A stretch of DNA of 64,000 nucleotides from Candidatus Omnitrophota bacterium (GTDB taxonomy: Bacteria > Omnitrophota > Gorgyraeia > 2-01-FULL-45-10): assembly GCA_903843285.1 (NCBI GenBank), contig CAIMPC010000016.1:1075-65074 (forward strand), in the 5' to 3' direction. How positions within the stretch are numbered: the stretch's first letter is position 1; each line of letters starts with the position of its first letter. Below the pieces are notes generated by a model that made no database searches, had not been told where the DNA came from, and was given only the letters and a program-made list of their open reading frames with translations. Below, one piece after another: positions 42,519 through 53,183 of this stretch. A program made the translations under genes and the position numbers.

Positions 42519-44032
42519 TTAGAGATATATCCGAATTGGGCCTTAAAAAATTCTATAGCTTTATTCAGCCTCTCTTTAAGCGCATCGTCAAGGACTCTCT
42601 TCGATTCAATTTCGCTTTCAATATCGGGATGGGCCGAATCGATATATTTGTAGAATTCCATTTCGAATTTTCTGACAGAATCTACCTTAATATCGTCCAG
42701 GAACCCGTTGGTAGCGGCATATATTATCATTACCTGTTTACCCAGGCACAGGGGCTCATATTGGCCTTGCTTCAAAATTTCCACCATGCGTTCGCCGCGA
42801 TGCAACTGTGCCTGCGTGGCTTTGTCAAGTTCAGATCCGAACTGAGTAAACGCTATAAGCTCTCTGTATTGGGCAAGGTCCAGCCTCAGCCTGCCTGCCA
42901 CCTGTTTCATAGCTTTCTCCTGGGCATTGCCACCGACCCTTGAGACCGATAATCCGACGTTGATCGCCGGGCGCGTACCGGCGTAGAACAAGTCATTCTC
43001 AAGATAAATTTGACCATCCGTTATAGAGATGACGTTCGTCGGTATATAGCTGGTTATATCTCCAGCCTGAGTCTCAACAATAGGAAGCGCTGTGATGGAG
43101 CCGCCTCCCAGCTTATCGCTGAGCTTTGCCGCTCTCTCTAGTAACCGCGAATGAAGATAAAATATATCGCCCGGATAAGCCTCCCGCCCCGGCGGCCTTC
43201 TCAATAGAAGTGAAAGCTGTCTGTAGGCCTGAGCATGCTTTGAAAGGTCATCGTAAACTATCAGTACATCTTTCCCCATATACATGAACTCTTCGGCAAT
43301 AGCTGAACCTGCGTATGGGGCTATATACTGGAGTGAGGCCGAAGCGCGTGATGAAGCGCTTACTATTATCGTATGGTCCATGGCGCCATATTGTTTTAGC
43401 GTTTCGGCTACAGAGACTATGCTCGACATTTTCTGACCGATGGCCACATAAATACAGTATATGCCTTTACCCTTTTGATTAATTATCGTATCGATTGCTA
43501 TGGCGCTTTTACCGGTTTGTCGATCCGCAATAATAAGCTCGCGTTGTCCTCTGCCTATCGGTATCATCGAGTCAATAGCTTTTATGCCGGTGTATAACGG
43601 CTGAGTTACCGGCTGTCTGTCCGTCACCCCGGGGGATCTCGTCTCCAGCGCCCTGTGCTTATTGGTTCCTATCGGTCCCTTACCGTCAATGGGAACTCCC
43701 AGAGGATTTATAACTCTTCCGAGAAGCGCCTCACCGACAGGTACCTGCGCAATATTGCCTGTGCGCTTGACGATATCACCTTCACGTATATCTTTTTCAG
43801 ACCCCAATATTACAATTCCTACGTTGTCCTCTTCCAGGTTAAATACGATACCCTTGGTCGTATCCTTAAAGGTGACTATCTCACCTACCATAACATCATC
43901 CAGGCCGTAGACTAGCGCGATTCCATCCCCCACCTGCAATACCGTCCCGACCGACTCTACCCTTAGCCGGGTCTTATACTTTTCTAATTCCCTTTTAATA
44001 ATCGATGTTACTTCATCTGGTTTTAACGGCAT
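42515..44032 (-). CDS. atpA: F-type ATP synthase alpha subunit
   Basis: 505 aa. GDRQTGKS Walker A. Overlaps atpG by 4 nt. Confidence 0.95.
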
Positions 44033-44033
44033 A

Positions 44034-44582
44034 TCATTCCACCTCTAGTATGGCAAGCTTCTCTTTCACGTCCAATAGGCGCCGCTTGACGGAGCCATCT
44101 ATGATAATATTTCCGATCTGGGCGCATACTCCACCGACAAGATCCGCATCGAGCTGAATATACAGATGGATCTTTTTGTTTATGCGCGCTTCCAGTGTAT
44201 CTTTTATTCTCTGAATCGTCCCTGTCTCAAGAGGATAACTGGTCTTAAGGAGAGTGTCAACCTCTACGCCATGCGCATAATGTATTCGCGCGTATTCGGC
44301 TATATCTACAAACAGATTTATGCGCTTTTTTTTAATAAGTAGCTGCAGAAAATGTCTCGTCTCGTCTAAAAAATCGTCCTTAAATACCGTATCTGCCATT
44401 TCGATCTTCTCGGAGTTTGTTATCTCGAGGTGCTCGAAGAACTCCTTAATATCGGGATTATCGCGTATTATGCGCTTAGCTCTCTGCAGCTCATCCAAAG
44501 CCTTATCGAACCCGATAGTCTCCCTGGCGCAAGCCAGAAATGCATCGGCATATCTTTTCGATACTATCTCTTCGTTTATCAC
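44034..44582 (-). CDS. atpH: F-type ATP synthase delta (OSCP) subunit
   Basis: 182 aa, helical. Position and length fit the operon. Confidence 0.7.
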   Translation of the reverse strand: MINEEIVSKRYADAFLACARETIGFDKALDELQRAKRIIRDNPDIKEFFEHLEITNSEKIEMADTVFKDDFLDETRHFLQLLIKKKRINLFVDIAEYARIHYAHGVEVDTLLKTSYPLETGTIQRIKDTLEARINKKIHLYIQLDADLVGGVCAQIGNIIIDGSVKRRLLDVKEKLAILEVE

Positions 44583-45073
44583 TTTTTACCGATTTCCTCA
44601 ATGAAGTCCTCAACTATACGCTTGTCACTCTCTTCCGAAAGCCTCTCCTCTATAACCTTTTCGGCAGCCCGTATCGCAATATCTACTACATCGTTTTTTA
44701 ACACTTCTCTTGCCCGGGCAATTTCGTCCTTGAGGCTGAATCTGGCCTTTTCGAGAAGCTTTTCGCCGTCGGCCTCAGCTTTTGCTATAATTCCATCGGC
44801 AACTTTACGGGCCTCATCGGCGGCCTGGCGGATCTTCACCTGTCTCTCCGCCTCTATCTCGGAGAGCCTTATCTCGTAATCGTGCTTTAACTTCATGGCA
44901 GTATCTTTAGCGTCCTCGGCAACCTTCAATTCTGAAGATATTGTCTCTTTACGCTTATCGAGTATACCAAGGAATCTTTTCCACAAAAATTTTCGCATTA
45001 TCGCCAGCAGGATCAAAAAACATATGATCTGAGCAACTAGCTCATTTGTGTTAAGAAGACTAAGAAGTCCCAT
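44579..45073 (-). CDS. atpF: F-type ATP synthase b subunit
   Basis: 164 aa with a single N-terminal TM helix, then a long charged coiled coil (AEAERQ...). Confidence 0.75.
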   Translation of the reverse strand: MGLLSLLNTNELVAQIICFLILLAIMRKFLWKRFLGILDKRKETISSELKVAEDAKDTAMKLKHDYEIRLSEIEAERQVKIRQAADEARKVADGIIAKAEADGEKLLEKARFSLKDEIARAREVLKNDVVDIAIRAAEKVIEERLSEESDKRIVEDFIEEIGKK

Positions 45074-45090
45074 TGGGTATTACAGCTCCT

Positions 45091-45321
45091 TTAGATCTTA
45101 CCTGACAGACTGAACGCGAAGACGAGCGCGTATATTGTTATAGCCTCGATAAATGCGCAGCCTGTAGCCATGTTAATAAGTATCTTCATGGATGCTTCAG
45201 GCTGTCTGCCGGTAGCCTCCATTGCCGATGCGACCGCTTTACCGAGCCCTATAGCCGATCCGAAAGCCGCTATTCCCAACCCTATGGGAAGCCCGAATGC
45301 CAACATTGCTTTATACTCCAT
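45091..45321 (-). CDS. atpE: F-type ATP synthase c subunit
   Basis: 76 aa, two-helix hairpin. RQPEA loop. Ion-binding carboxylate in FIEAITIY. Confidence 0.85.
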   Translation of the reverse strand: MEYKAMLAFGLPIGLGIAAFGSAIGLGKAVASAMEATGRQPEASMKILINMATGCAFIEAITIYALVFAFSLSGKI

Positions 45322-46084
45322 GACCTACCTCCTTTTTTTCGTTTTCATGGGTTAACACCAACGCAAAATATATCGTAGTTAAAAGACAGAAGACGCACGC
45401 CTGTACCACCGCGGCCAACAGAGCCAATAAAGTATTGAAGAGCAGGAGCGGAATGCCTTTAAGCCCGAACCCTGCCAGGATGGTTAATAACATATCATCC
45501 CCCCATATGTTGGAACGCAGACGCAGTGATAAGCTTATAGGCCTGATCAACTCCGCTATCGTATGAAGGAAAAACATTAGTATGGGTATCACGACCGAAG
45601 CCGCGAGAACCCCCCTGGGATTGCCAAGGAGATGATCTATGAATCCGAAAAAACCCAGCTCCTTAAATCCGGTGTATTGAAGATATATAAATACGCATAT
45701 GGCGAGAGCGAGGGTTACTGACCAACTGGACGTCGGGGCTTTCATAAAAGGAACCAGGCTTATGAGGTTCATAAATAATATATAGACGAAGAGCGTGCCA
45801 ATGAACGGCGTGAAACGCCTTCCCTTAGGACCCAGTATGCCGCAGACAAATGCGTCGAGGCCTCCGGCTATCATTTCGAATGCGGATTGCAGCCTCCCGG
45901 GTATCATCTTAAGTTGACGTGATGCGAAGATGGTTAAAAGTGATATTGCGCATATTGAGATAATAGAAAATATTACGGAATCATAATGCGCCAGGCTCCG
46001 GAAGATAGGAATATCTTTAAAATGGTCGCAAATGATGCTTACTAAATTAGGAAGCTCACTATGCGCTACGCCCGCTTCGGCCAT
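45311..46084 (-). CDS. atpB: F-type ATP synthase a subunit
   Basis: 257 aa. Conserved stator Arg in LSLRLRSNIWGD. Confidence 0.85.
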   Translation of the reverse strand: MAEAGVAHSELPNLVSIICDHFKDIPIFRSLAHYDSVIFSIISICAISLLTIFASRQLKMIPGRLQSAFEMIAGGLDAFVCGILGPKGRRFTPFIGTLFVYILFMNLISLVPFMKAPTSSWSVTLALAICVFIYLQYTGFKELGFFGFIDHLLGNPRGVLAASVVIPILMFFLHTIAELIRPISLSLRLRSNIWGDDMLLTILAGFGLKGIPLLLFNTLLALLAAVVQACVFCLLTTIYFALVLTHENEKKEVGHGV

Positions 46085-46416
46085 ATATTTACCACCCCTA
46101 TTACTAACAAGGCCACACCTACTCCGGATAAAATACTCATGATCGGAAATAATTTTGAAATCAGTATAAAGAAACCTATTAAATATAGCACAGGAAATTT
46201 AATTATGAGAGAAAATTTTACTCCCTTTGGATCTTTCCGCAGCATAGCAATTTCGAACAATCCCACCGTTAAAGCGAAATTTATAACACACCATATGACG
46301 CCTATCATAAAACCTGATGCCCAGGCGAGGTCTTTCTGCAGAAGGACTATTCCGGCAATGACAGATCCGATCAAATATGAGAATTTCATCACCTTCCTCA
46401 CCACATTGTTCATCAC
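46066..46416 (-). CDS. atpI: ATP synthase protein I-like (AtpI)
   Basis: 116 aa, 4-TM small protein immediately upstream of atpB. Confidence 0.5.
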   Translation of the reverse strand: MMNNVVRKVMKFSYLIGSVIAGIVLLQKDLAWASGFMIGVIWCVINFALTVGLFEIAMLRKDPKGVKFSLIIKFPVLYLIGFFILISKLFPIMSILSGVGVALLVIGVVNIWPKRA

Positions 46417-46643
46417 TATTCCTCGGACTTCAATGTAATTTTAATTATCTTCACGATCTCCTGGATGCTGGCAACGAAACCCAGCACAACCAATATTATA
46501 GCTGTATATCCGGGAAAGTGCATCTTTTTTATAAGAATCTCCGCGACCAAATACCCACCAAGAGGCCCCCCCGCTAAGACCAGAGGAATTATACCGAGAA
46601 GACCGGCCGTCCGGATCCATTTAAACATGTCTTTGTCGCTCAT
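46416..46643 (-). CDS. AtpZ/AtpI-family small membrane protein
   Basis: 75 aa with two TM helices. The ATG immediately follows the hycI stop codon, a 0-nt gap. Confidence 0.45.
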   Translation of the reverse strand: MSDKDMFKWIRTAGLLGIIPLVLAGGPLGGYLVAEILIKKMHFPGYTAIILVVLGFVASIQEIVKIIKITLKSEE

Positions 46644-47141
46644 TTAGCGTATTGCCTTAGCAACCGTAGCGGCTACTTTCTTCGCTGATACCTCCACACT
46701 CTTAGAGATCTTTTTACCGAAGTCTATGTTTTTAGGCTGGATACCTATTATAGTTGAACCGCAGCCGCATGACACCGTTAAATAGTCTATAAGTATCTTG
46801 GCCGGTATTTTATGTGTGGAGAATGATGCCCCTTCCGCTACCTCCTCGGGCTTAAACAGGTATACGGATCCGGCTTTTTTGCCGCCGTCAAGGGTATCGA
46901 TGAGGATTATATGTGAGGGTTTGAACTTCTTTATTTCACCGGTGAGATTTTCAGGAGCTGTCTCTCCAAAAAATATCTTTACGGAACTGCGCTTCTTTTG
47001 CTTTTTCAGGATCTTCTTAAGATCTTCTGCCGCCAGCATTCCTGCAATATCATCGGCTCTAAGCGTGGAGCCGATAGCAAGCACTGCTATCCTATCCGAA
47101 CCCGACAGCCTATTTGTCAGTATCTTTTTTAACGTCCGCAC
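46644..47141 (-). CDS. hycI: [NiFe] hydrogenase maturation endopeptidase (HycI/HyaD family)
   Basis: 165 aa. IAVLAIGSTLRADDIAG resembles the GNxxxxDDGxG protease motif. Located directly after the hydrogenase genes. Confidence 0.7.
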   Translation of the reverse strand: MRTLKKILTNRLSGSDRIAVLAIGSTLRADDIAGMLAAEDLKKILKKQKKRSSVKIFFGETAPENLTGEIKKFKPSHIILIDTLDGGKKAGSVYLFKPEEVAEGASFSTHKIPAKILIDYLTVSCGCGSTIIGIQPKNIDFGKKISKSVEVSAKKVAATVAKAIR

Positions 47142-47517
47142 AGAATGTCACCTTAAGTTTATTCTTATCGAGAACTGCGAGTTCGAATTCCTTAGTGGAT
47201 TCCAGCGCTTTCTTTATGCAAGAGTCTACGCACTGGGCGCAGTATATACATTTGGCCAGGTCAAACTGCGCCTCAAATTTCTTATCACCCACTTTCACTA
47301 TCTTAATGGCATTGGACGGGCAATCCCTTTCGCACATCTTACATCCTATACATAGCTCCGGGTGAAAATTTATTTTTCCCCTGTAATGAGCCGGCATCTC
47401 GCTCTTTTTAAACGGGTATTGCGACGTGGCGGACTTCTTAAAGAGAGATTGCAATACTTGTACCAACATCTTGCCTGGCCTTATCATATCGCAAGCACCC
47501 CTTTTAAGATCAGACAT
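47110..47517 (-). CDS. NuoI/HycF-like 2x[4Fe-4S] ferredoxin subunit of the group-4 hydrogenase
   Basis: 135 aa with CIGCKMCERDCP and CIYCAQCVDSC. Confidence 0.8.
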   Translation of the reverse strand: MSDLKRGACDMIRPGKMLVQVLQSLFKKSATSQYPFKKSEMPAHYRGKINFHPELCIGCKMCERDCPSNAIKIVKVGDKKFEAQFDLAKCIYCAQCVDSCIKKALESTKEFELAVLDKNKLKVTFCADVKKDTDK

Positions 47518-48425
47518 ATGAGCATCTGAAGAAACGCAAGCGGTGAAACTATTTTCCAGCAGAACTCAACCATTTGATCCATTCTGAATCTGGCGAATAT
47601 AGTGCGTGATAAGGATAGTATAGAGATGATAAATAGAAGCTTTCCCACATATAATAAAATTCCGAGCGCGGGTGTCAGTTGTAACCCAAACGGCAGATAG
47701 ACAGCGGATACCAGCGAGGCTCCGACGATAGTTTCGATATTGATTGAAAGCTTAAACATTGCCAATAATCTTCCGCTGTATTCGGTGAATGTGCCTCCGA
47801 CTATTTCTGTCTCGGCTTCGGGTATATCGAATGGCACCTTCTCTAATTTCCCCAGGAGGGCTATAAGGGATATCGCGAATCCTAAAAGATTGAACATCCA
47901 ATACCAGTGATGGTGGCTGTAAAATTTGGCCATTTCGCTAAGCGACCACGTGTTGGCCAGTAGCGCCGGAGCCAATATGCACATTAAAAGAGGTACCTCG
48001 TAAGCAAATAGCTGAGTAAGCGATCTGATGGCTCCGATCTTAGAGTAGAGAGACGTCGAGTACCATCCGCCCAAAAAATATGTGAGAGTCGGTATCGTCA
48101 GTAAATATATAGTTACGATGAGATCTCCATTGAATGAATATAGCGCATGTGTGCTCCATAATGGTATATAGAACGAAGCTGTTATGGTCGAAGTCAGCGC
48201 GAATATAGGCATCGCCCTAAACATTCTGGGATTAGCTTCCGTAGGTACCACGTCTTCCTTTGAAACGAGTTTAATAAAATCAGCCCATGGCTGAAACCAT
48301 GGCGGCCCTGTGCGGTTTTGCATCCTCGCATACAGCTTCCTATCTATAAACTCCGCTGACATGCCGGCTACGCCAAGAAAAATAATTCCGGGAAAAACCA
48401 GAAGATTAAATATACTGATTAACAT
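47484..48425 (-). CDS. NuoH/HycD/EchB-like membrane subunit
   Basis: 313 aa, 8-TM NuoH-family pattern. Confidence 0.75.
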   Translation of the reverse strand: MLISIFNLLVFPGIIFLGVAGMSAEFIDRKLYARMQNRTGPPWFQPWADFIKLVSKEDVVPTEANPRMFRAMPIFALTSTITASFYIPLWSTHALYSFNGDLIVTIYLLTIPTLTYFLGGWYSTSLYSKIGAIRSLTQLFAYEVPLLMCILAPALLANTWSLSEMAKFYSHHHWYWMFNLLGFAISLIALLGKLEKVPFDIPEAETEIVGGTFTEYSGRLLAMFKLSINIETIVGASLVSAVYLPFGLQLTPALGILLYVGKLLFIISILSLSRTIFARFRMDQMVEFCWKIVSPLAFLQMLICLILKGVLAI

Positions 48426-49646
48426 TTATAACCTTTCAGCAAGTTTTTTATTAATGGCGGAGAAGTCCATTCCTTTGGATCTGTGCCATTCGATACCATA
48501 CAAGCGGAGGTCTTCCCACTTCATACTGCCAAGAGTTTCGCTCTTAGAACTATTAACACTTATAAGCCTGTCTGTACAAGAGAAACACGGATCAATGGCG
48601 GCGATCACTATCGGAAGATCCGCAAGCTGGCCGTCTTCAAGCATCTTAGCGACAGTCTGTACGTTTGCTAAAGTCGGAGCCCTGACTTTTACTCTCTCGG
48701 GCTTGTCGGTACCGTTCGATTTCACATAATGGACATCTTCACCCCTGGGAGCTTCATAACGGCTGAAGGCCTCACCTACGGGTATCTTTCGGGGGGCTTT
48801 AACAGAAATGAGCCCTTCCGGCAGGTTCTTTATAGCCGTGCGTATCAGGCGGTATGACTCCATCAGCTCGCCCAATCTCACGAGCGTCCTGCCATAGACA
48901 TCGTTATGGTCGTCCGTCACTATCTTAAAATCAAGTTCGTCGTAAGCAGCATACGGATCATCGGCTCTGGTGTCCCTTGCGACATCAGAAGCGCGAGCGG
49001 TCGGACCCACGGCGCCCAGCGATAGCGCATCATTATGAGAGAGAACTCCCACGCCTGATAATCTCTGTATTAAAGTGGACTCTTCTTTACAGACCTGGAT
49101 GTAATATTTAGTCCTCTCTTCGAGTATATCTACAGATTTTAATATATCTGTTATGTGCTGTTTTTCAAGATCTCTCTTAACTCCTCCGATGAGGTTTATG
49201 CCATAGTTAACACGATTTCCGGTAAGCTCCGCGAGTATATCCATGACGACTTCGCGATCGCGCCATGTGTACATAAGCAGTGTGTCGAATCCTACTTCAT
49301 GTCCTGCAACACCCAGCCATAATAAATGGCTGTGTATTCTTTCGAGTTCGCCTATGATGGAGCGGATATAAAGAGCCCTCTTCGGAACCTGCAACCCGGC
49401 TATCTCCTCAACAGCCTGAACAAAGCATGTAGAATGGGTATGTGAACATATGCCGCATATGCGCTCAATAAGATAGACATCCTGCAGGTATGTTCTCTCC
49501 TCGCAGGCCTTTTCTATACCGCGATGATTGTACCCGAGCCGTGCGCTGAATGCCATTATTCTTTCACCGCTCAATGTAACGCTAAAGCTTTCCGGCTCTT
49601 TTAATGCAGGGTGCTGTGGGCCTATAGGTATTACTACTTTACGCAT
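48426..49646 (-). CDS. Group-4 [NiFe] hydrogenase large (catalytic) subunit, NuoD-like
   Basis: L1 motif ERICGICSHTH (RxCGxCxxxH) and C-terminal L2 motif DPCFSCTDR. The start is moved to the Met of MRKVVIPIGPQHP, which has an AAGGAGG RBS 8 nt upstream and a 1-nt gap to the nuoC-like stop. Confidence 0.85.
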   Translation of the reverse strand: MRKVVIPIGPQHPALKEPESFSVTLSGERIMAFSARLGYNHRGIEKACEERTYLQDVYLIERICGICSHTHSTCFVQAVEEIAGLQVPKRALYIRSIIGELERIHSHLLWLGVAGHEVGFDTLLMYTWRDREVVMDILAELTGNRVNYGINLIGGVKRDLEKQHITDILKSVDILEERTKYYIQVCKEESTLIQRLSGVGVLSHNDALSLGAVGPTARASDVARDTRADDPYAAYDELDFKIVTDDHNDVYGRTLVRLGELMESYRLIRTAIKNLPEGLISVKAPRKIPVGEAFSRYEAPRGEDVHYVKSNGTDKPERVKVRAPTLANVQTVAKMLEDGQLADLPIVIAAIDPCFSCTDRLISVNSSKSETLGSMKWEDLRLYGIEWHRSKGMDFSAINKKLAERL

Positions 49647-49647
49647 A

Positions 49648-50139
49648 TTATTTCGCCTCCTTAACCTGAGTTTCTGCAGTATCGATTTTCGCGCCCTTAG
49701 GCTTCCAATCCTTCCTGAGAGGATGTTCGCCTTTCGGCCAATCGTCGGGAAGCGGGTAACGGTTACCTTCCGGAAGCCCTTCAACCTTCACCCCCAGTAA
49801 ATCTTCCAGTTCCCGCTCATAAATATCTGCATTTGTAAAATATTGCAATATGGAATTAATTACGGGCTTGTCTTTGGGTACGGAGTACTTAAGGCTGAAA
49901 GTAATTCCGTCGGTGCGAGACATATGATATATGAAGCCGAGAGTAGAACCCTCGTCTAAGCCTGTTATCGTGCAGAGTACAGAAAATCCCAGATTATCCT
50001 TAGCATAAGCAAAGACTTGTTCGAATTTATCGGGTGTAACGTCGGCCACGACCCTTCTGATGCGCTGAACTTTAGCCTTATCCTGTAAAAGCGGAAACTC
50101 GCTCGTGAGGCTTTGGACTATTTCATCTTCTTTACTCAT
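49648..50139 (-). CDS. NuoC/EchD-like subunit
   Basis: NuoC-fold of about 160 aa. The start is moved to MSKEDEIV to avoid a 62-nt overlap with the nuoB-like gene. Confidence 0.65.
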   Translation of the reverse strand: MSKEDEIVQSLTSEFPLLQDKAKVQRIRRVVADVTPDKFEQVFAYAKDNLGFSVLCTITGLDEGSTLGFIYHMSRTDGITFSLKYSVPKDKPVINSILQYFTNADIYERELEDLLGVKVEGLPEGNRYPLPDDWPKGEHPLRKDWKPKGAKIDTAETQVKEAK

Positions 50140-50584
50140 CGGATTTCTTCTCGCTCTCTTCCAAACTTGCCAATAATTTAACGACACCATCAATTATAGC
50201 TTTAGGACTGGCCGGACATCCGGGTATATAGGCAGAGACAGGGATGACTGCATCTATCCCTGACTCAACACTGTAACATCCGTCAAATACTCCACCTGAG
50301 CATGAACAGCTCCCTACGGCTATTACAAACTTTGGCTCAGCCATCTGGTCGTATACTCTCTTTAACCGATCTCTCGTCTGTCTGGTAACGGGGCCGGAGC
50401 AGACCAGGACGTCGGCATGTTTAGGCGCGCCTTTAATCTGGATCCCGAAGCGCTCCACATCATACGTCGGCGTCAATGCGGCCACTATTTCAATATCACA
50501 TGCGTTACAGGCGCCGGTATTGAAATGGATTATCCATGGTGACTTTATCCTGGACCAGTTAACTATCTTATCAACGATATTCAT
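50132..50584 (-). CDS. Group-4 hydrogenase small subunit (NuoB-like, hydrogenase-type CxxC)
   Basis: 150 aa. GACNAC, the CxxC form used by hydrogenase small subunits rather than the CC of complex I, plus GSCSCSGG and PGCP cysteines. Confidence 0.8.
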   Translation of the reverse strand: MNIVDKIVNWSRIKSPWIIHFNTGACNACDIEIVAALTPTYDVERFGIQIKGAPKHADVLVCSGPVTRQTRDRLKRVYDQMAEPKFVIAVGSCSCSGGVFDGCYSVESGIDAVIPVSAYIPGCPASPKAIIDGVVKLLASLEESEKKSDE

Positions 50585-50585
50585 A

Positions 50586-50918
50586 TCATCTCCTGAAAAG
50601 AATGGTAAGCCCTGCGAGCGCGCCTGCGAGATATATTAATGCGATAGCAAAAGAGTTCATCGTTTCGACCGGAATCGTAGCTATGGTCAGCGCTACGACG
50701 TGCAGTACTGTAAATAGAAACGCAAACGGAAAGAATTGGCTATAGTCGGGTTGCATGAGATGCGTCTTTACGTCCTCACCGCAGGCGTAAGATGTCCCTA
50801 TATCGGCCGCGCGGTTCTTAGATCTGAACGAAATATTAGATAAGATTCCGGAAAAGAGCGAAACTATCGCCAATACTATTATGAAACATACCGGAGGTGT
50901 GAATATTATATTATTCAT
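50586..50918 (-). CDS. NuoA-like small membrane subunit
   Basis: 110 aa, 3 TM helices. YACGED resembles the YECG motif of NuoA/ND3. Confidence 0.5.
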   Translation of the reverse strand: MNNIIFTPPVCFIIVLAIVSLFSGILSNISFRSKNRAADIGTSYACGEDVKTHLMQPDYSQFFPFAFLFTVLHVVALTIATIPVETMNSFAIALIYLAGALAGLTILFRR

Positions 50919-50921
50919 CTG

Positions 50922-51260
50922 CTACCCCTTCAGCCTTTTAAGTCCTCGTATATCGAGATTATCGTTATATCTAAATGATCTTAATGCAATACCTCCGGCA
51001 ACAACGGCAACCACGACCTCTATGACTATTATAGTTATGACCATAGCCTGCGTCACCGAAGTACGGCCCGAGACATAACCTACCAGTATCATCAGAAGCG
51101 TAACTGCTTTTATCAGTAGCTCAAGGCCTATTATGGCGCGTATAATATTGCGAGAGACCAGCATGCAGTAAAGTCCGCAGACGAACGTCAAAATTATAAA
51201 GAAGCCGAATGTTAGAAATATTTGCCAGTAATCACCACTCATCTCTTCTTCTCTCCTCAA
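50922..51260 (-). CDS. NuoK/MrpC-like small membrane subunit
   Basis: About 105 aa, 3 TM helices. GLELLIKAV resembles the NuoK/MrpC signature. The first 6 codons are probably an artefact, with the start at MSGDYW. Confidence 0.6.
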   Translation of the reverse strand: MRREEEMSGDYWQIFLTFGFFIILTFVCGLYCMLVSRNIIRAIIGLELLIKAVTLLMILVGYVSGRTSVTQAMVITIIVIEVVVAVVAGGIALRSFRYNDNLDIRGLKRLKG

Positions 51261-51741
51261 ATAGTATTACGACCCCCAGGGCTCCTATGATGACTACTAT
51301 TATCTGCCCCAACATATCGAGTTGGCGCATATCCCACATTACGCGCCTCACATCAAGCTCGGGTGTCGTTACCGGTGGGATTATTATATTATTTCGAATC
51401 CTTATAAACGTGAGCGCAATACTAATTACGATCAATAATATGGGAAGATAGCCAAATCTCTTATTTCTCTCTTTTGATAACTCCACAATCTCTTTATTCG
51501 TAAGAGGTTTAGTAAGGCTTATCGTGCTGACAAATACGACGGTTATCAGGCCGGTACAGACGGAGAGCTCGAATACCGCTGCCAGAGGCGAGTTTAATCT
51601 AAACATAAGAATGGTTACGACGGCGCTGGTAAGTGCGAGGCCTATCGTCGCCTTAAGCAGACTTCTGCCCATTACCGTCCAAAGAACCGCGATAAGCATA
51701 ACCAGTAGAAGTAGCGTATTTATAGAGATATGAGAGATCAC
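51232..51741 (-). CDS. NuoJ/MrpB-like membrane subunit
   Basis: 169 aa, 5 TM helices. The AAVFELSVCTGLITVVFVS pattern resembles NuoJ. Confidence 0.45.
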   Translation of the reverse strand: MISHISINTLLLLVMLIAVLWTVMGRSLLKATIGLALTSAVVTILMFRLNSPLAAVFELSVCTGLITVVFVSTISLTKPLTNKEIVELSKERNKRFGYLPILLIVISIALTFIRIRNNIIIPPVTTPELDVRRVMWDMRQLDMLGQIIVVIIGALGVVILFEERRRDEW

Positions 51742-53168
51742 CTAATTATAAGCTCCTGTATTGGCGCTATGAATTTATTGAATACTAACGGGAAAAATAC
51801 GCCTGAGCCGATTATTATTACCGCGAGCATGATCGATGCAGTCGAGATACCTATTCTGGCCTCGTCGATATTCTCGTTCTCAATGGATAGCTTTCCGAAG
51901 AATACTTTTCTTTGCATAATTAGCAGATAAGCCAAAGTGATTACACTGGCCATTATCGCTATAAAAGAATATGTTTTACTGCCGGATTGCCATAACGCTA
52001 CTATTATCATTAGCTTTGACCAGAATCCCGCTAAAGGCGGCACTCCTGCGGCCGAAAGCATACCTATTACCGACGTTGTGCCGGTTATGGGCATTTTGGA
52101 TGATAGCCCACCCATCTTATTCATATCCGTGGTGCCGAGCCTCGTCTCAACCGCGGCCGAATTCACAAATAGAAGCGACTTAAATATGGAGTGATTAAAG
52201 ATGTGGAATATAGCGCCTGCGATACCCAGGAAGGTTCCACAGCCGAAACCTAAAATAATATAGCCGACCTGGCTTATGCTTGAATACGCGAGCATCCTCT
52301 TCATATCATTTTGTCCGATGGCGGCCAATGCTCCAAATACTATCGATAATGCTCCCAGGGCCAAAAGAATGGTTTTCAGGGACGGATCGAAGCCAAATAC
52401 TGCGATTAGCAGACGTATAAGAGTGTATATGCCCACCGTCTTTGTCACTATTCCACCCAGTAGCACAGAAACAGCGGCCGGCGCTGAGCTATAAGCATCC
52501 GGCACCCATGCATGAAACGGCACCAACCCTCCTTTTATGGCAAGTCCGCATACGAATAGACCGATCGCAAATAGTATAATGTTATTGTTCGCTAAATTCA
52601 GGGCTTGCCTTATGGCTTCGAACGATGTACTGCCTGAAACCATAAATAGAAGCGCGATCGATGTGAGCAGCATTATAGTGGCTATTGCGGAGAGTATCAA
52701 ATATTTAAAGGATCCCTCGATTGCATTCCTATCTTTTTCTAACGCTATCAGAACAAATGACGCCAGTGCGGTTATTTCGAGGAATATATAAAGAGTGAAA
52801 ATGTCTTTCACTAATACTATTCCATTCATCCCTATTGACGTTATGATAAGCAGATTCACGAACTTGAAGAGCTCTTTCTCGTCATAAATAGTATGGCGGG
52901 CCACGAGCAAGCTCGCTATTGAGACTATTCCGATACAGAGAAGCATGATGAAGCTAATTTGATCCATAGAGAGGCTGACTTTAAAGAATGTATCGATTTG
53001 CTTCATTTCGACATTCCATAACACGGGATGGCGGCAGGCGGCCAACAGTATCTGGCTAATGAAAATAAGGAGAGCGAACCAGAATGCAAGCCTTCTCGCC
53101 GGGGCTCTGGCGGACAGGTTCAGGATCACTATTCCTATGAGCGGAACCAATATAAGTAATGATAACAT
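51738..53168 (-). CDS. Antiporter-like subunit (NuoN/MrpD family)
   Basis: 476 aa, about 14 TM helices, proton-antiporter family pattern. Confidence 0.75.
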   Translation of the reverse strand: MLSLLILVPLIGIVILNLSARAPARRLAFWFALLIFISQILLAACRHPVLWNVEMKQIDTFFKVSLSMDQISFIMLLCIGIVSIASLLVARHTIYDEKELFKFVNLLIITSIGMNGIVLVKDIFTLYIFLEITALASFVLIALEKDRNAIEGSFKYLILSAIATIMLLTSIALLFMVSGSTSFEAIRQALNLANNNIILFAIGLFVCGLAIKGGLVPFHAWVPDAYSSAPAAVSVLLGGIVTKTVGIYTLIRLLIAVFGFDPSLKTILLALGALSIVFGALAAIGQNDMKRMLAYSSISQVGYIILGFGCGTFLGIAGAIFHIFNHSIFKSLLFVNSAAVETRLGTTDMNKMGGLSSKMPITGTTSVIGMLSAAGVPPLAGFWSKLMIIVALWQSGSKTYSFIAIMASVITLAYLLIMQRKVFFGKLSIENENIDEARIGISTASIMLAVIIIGSGVFFPLVFNKFIAPIQELIIR

Positions 53169-53183
53169 ATGTTCGACCAGCCT

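Noticed and set aside
45091-45321. Na+-specific c-subunit
   Set aside because: Helix 1 lacks the Gln and helix 2 has E-A-I-T instead of E-S-T. Only the Tyr is conserved, so H+ coupling is more likely. This is unverified without an alignment.
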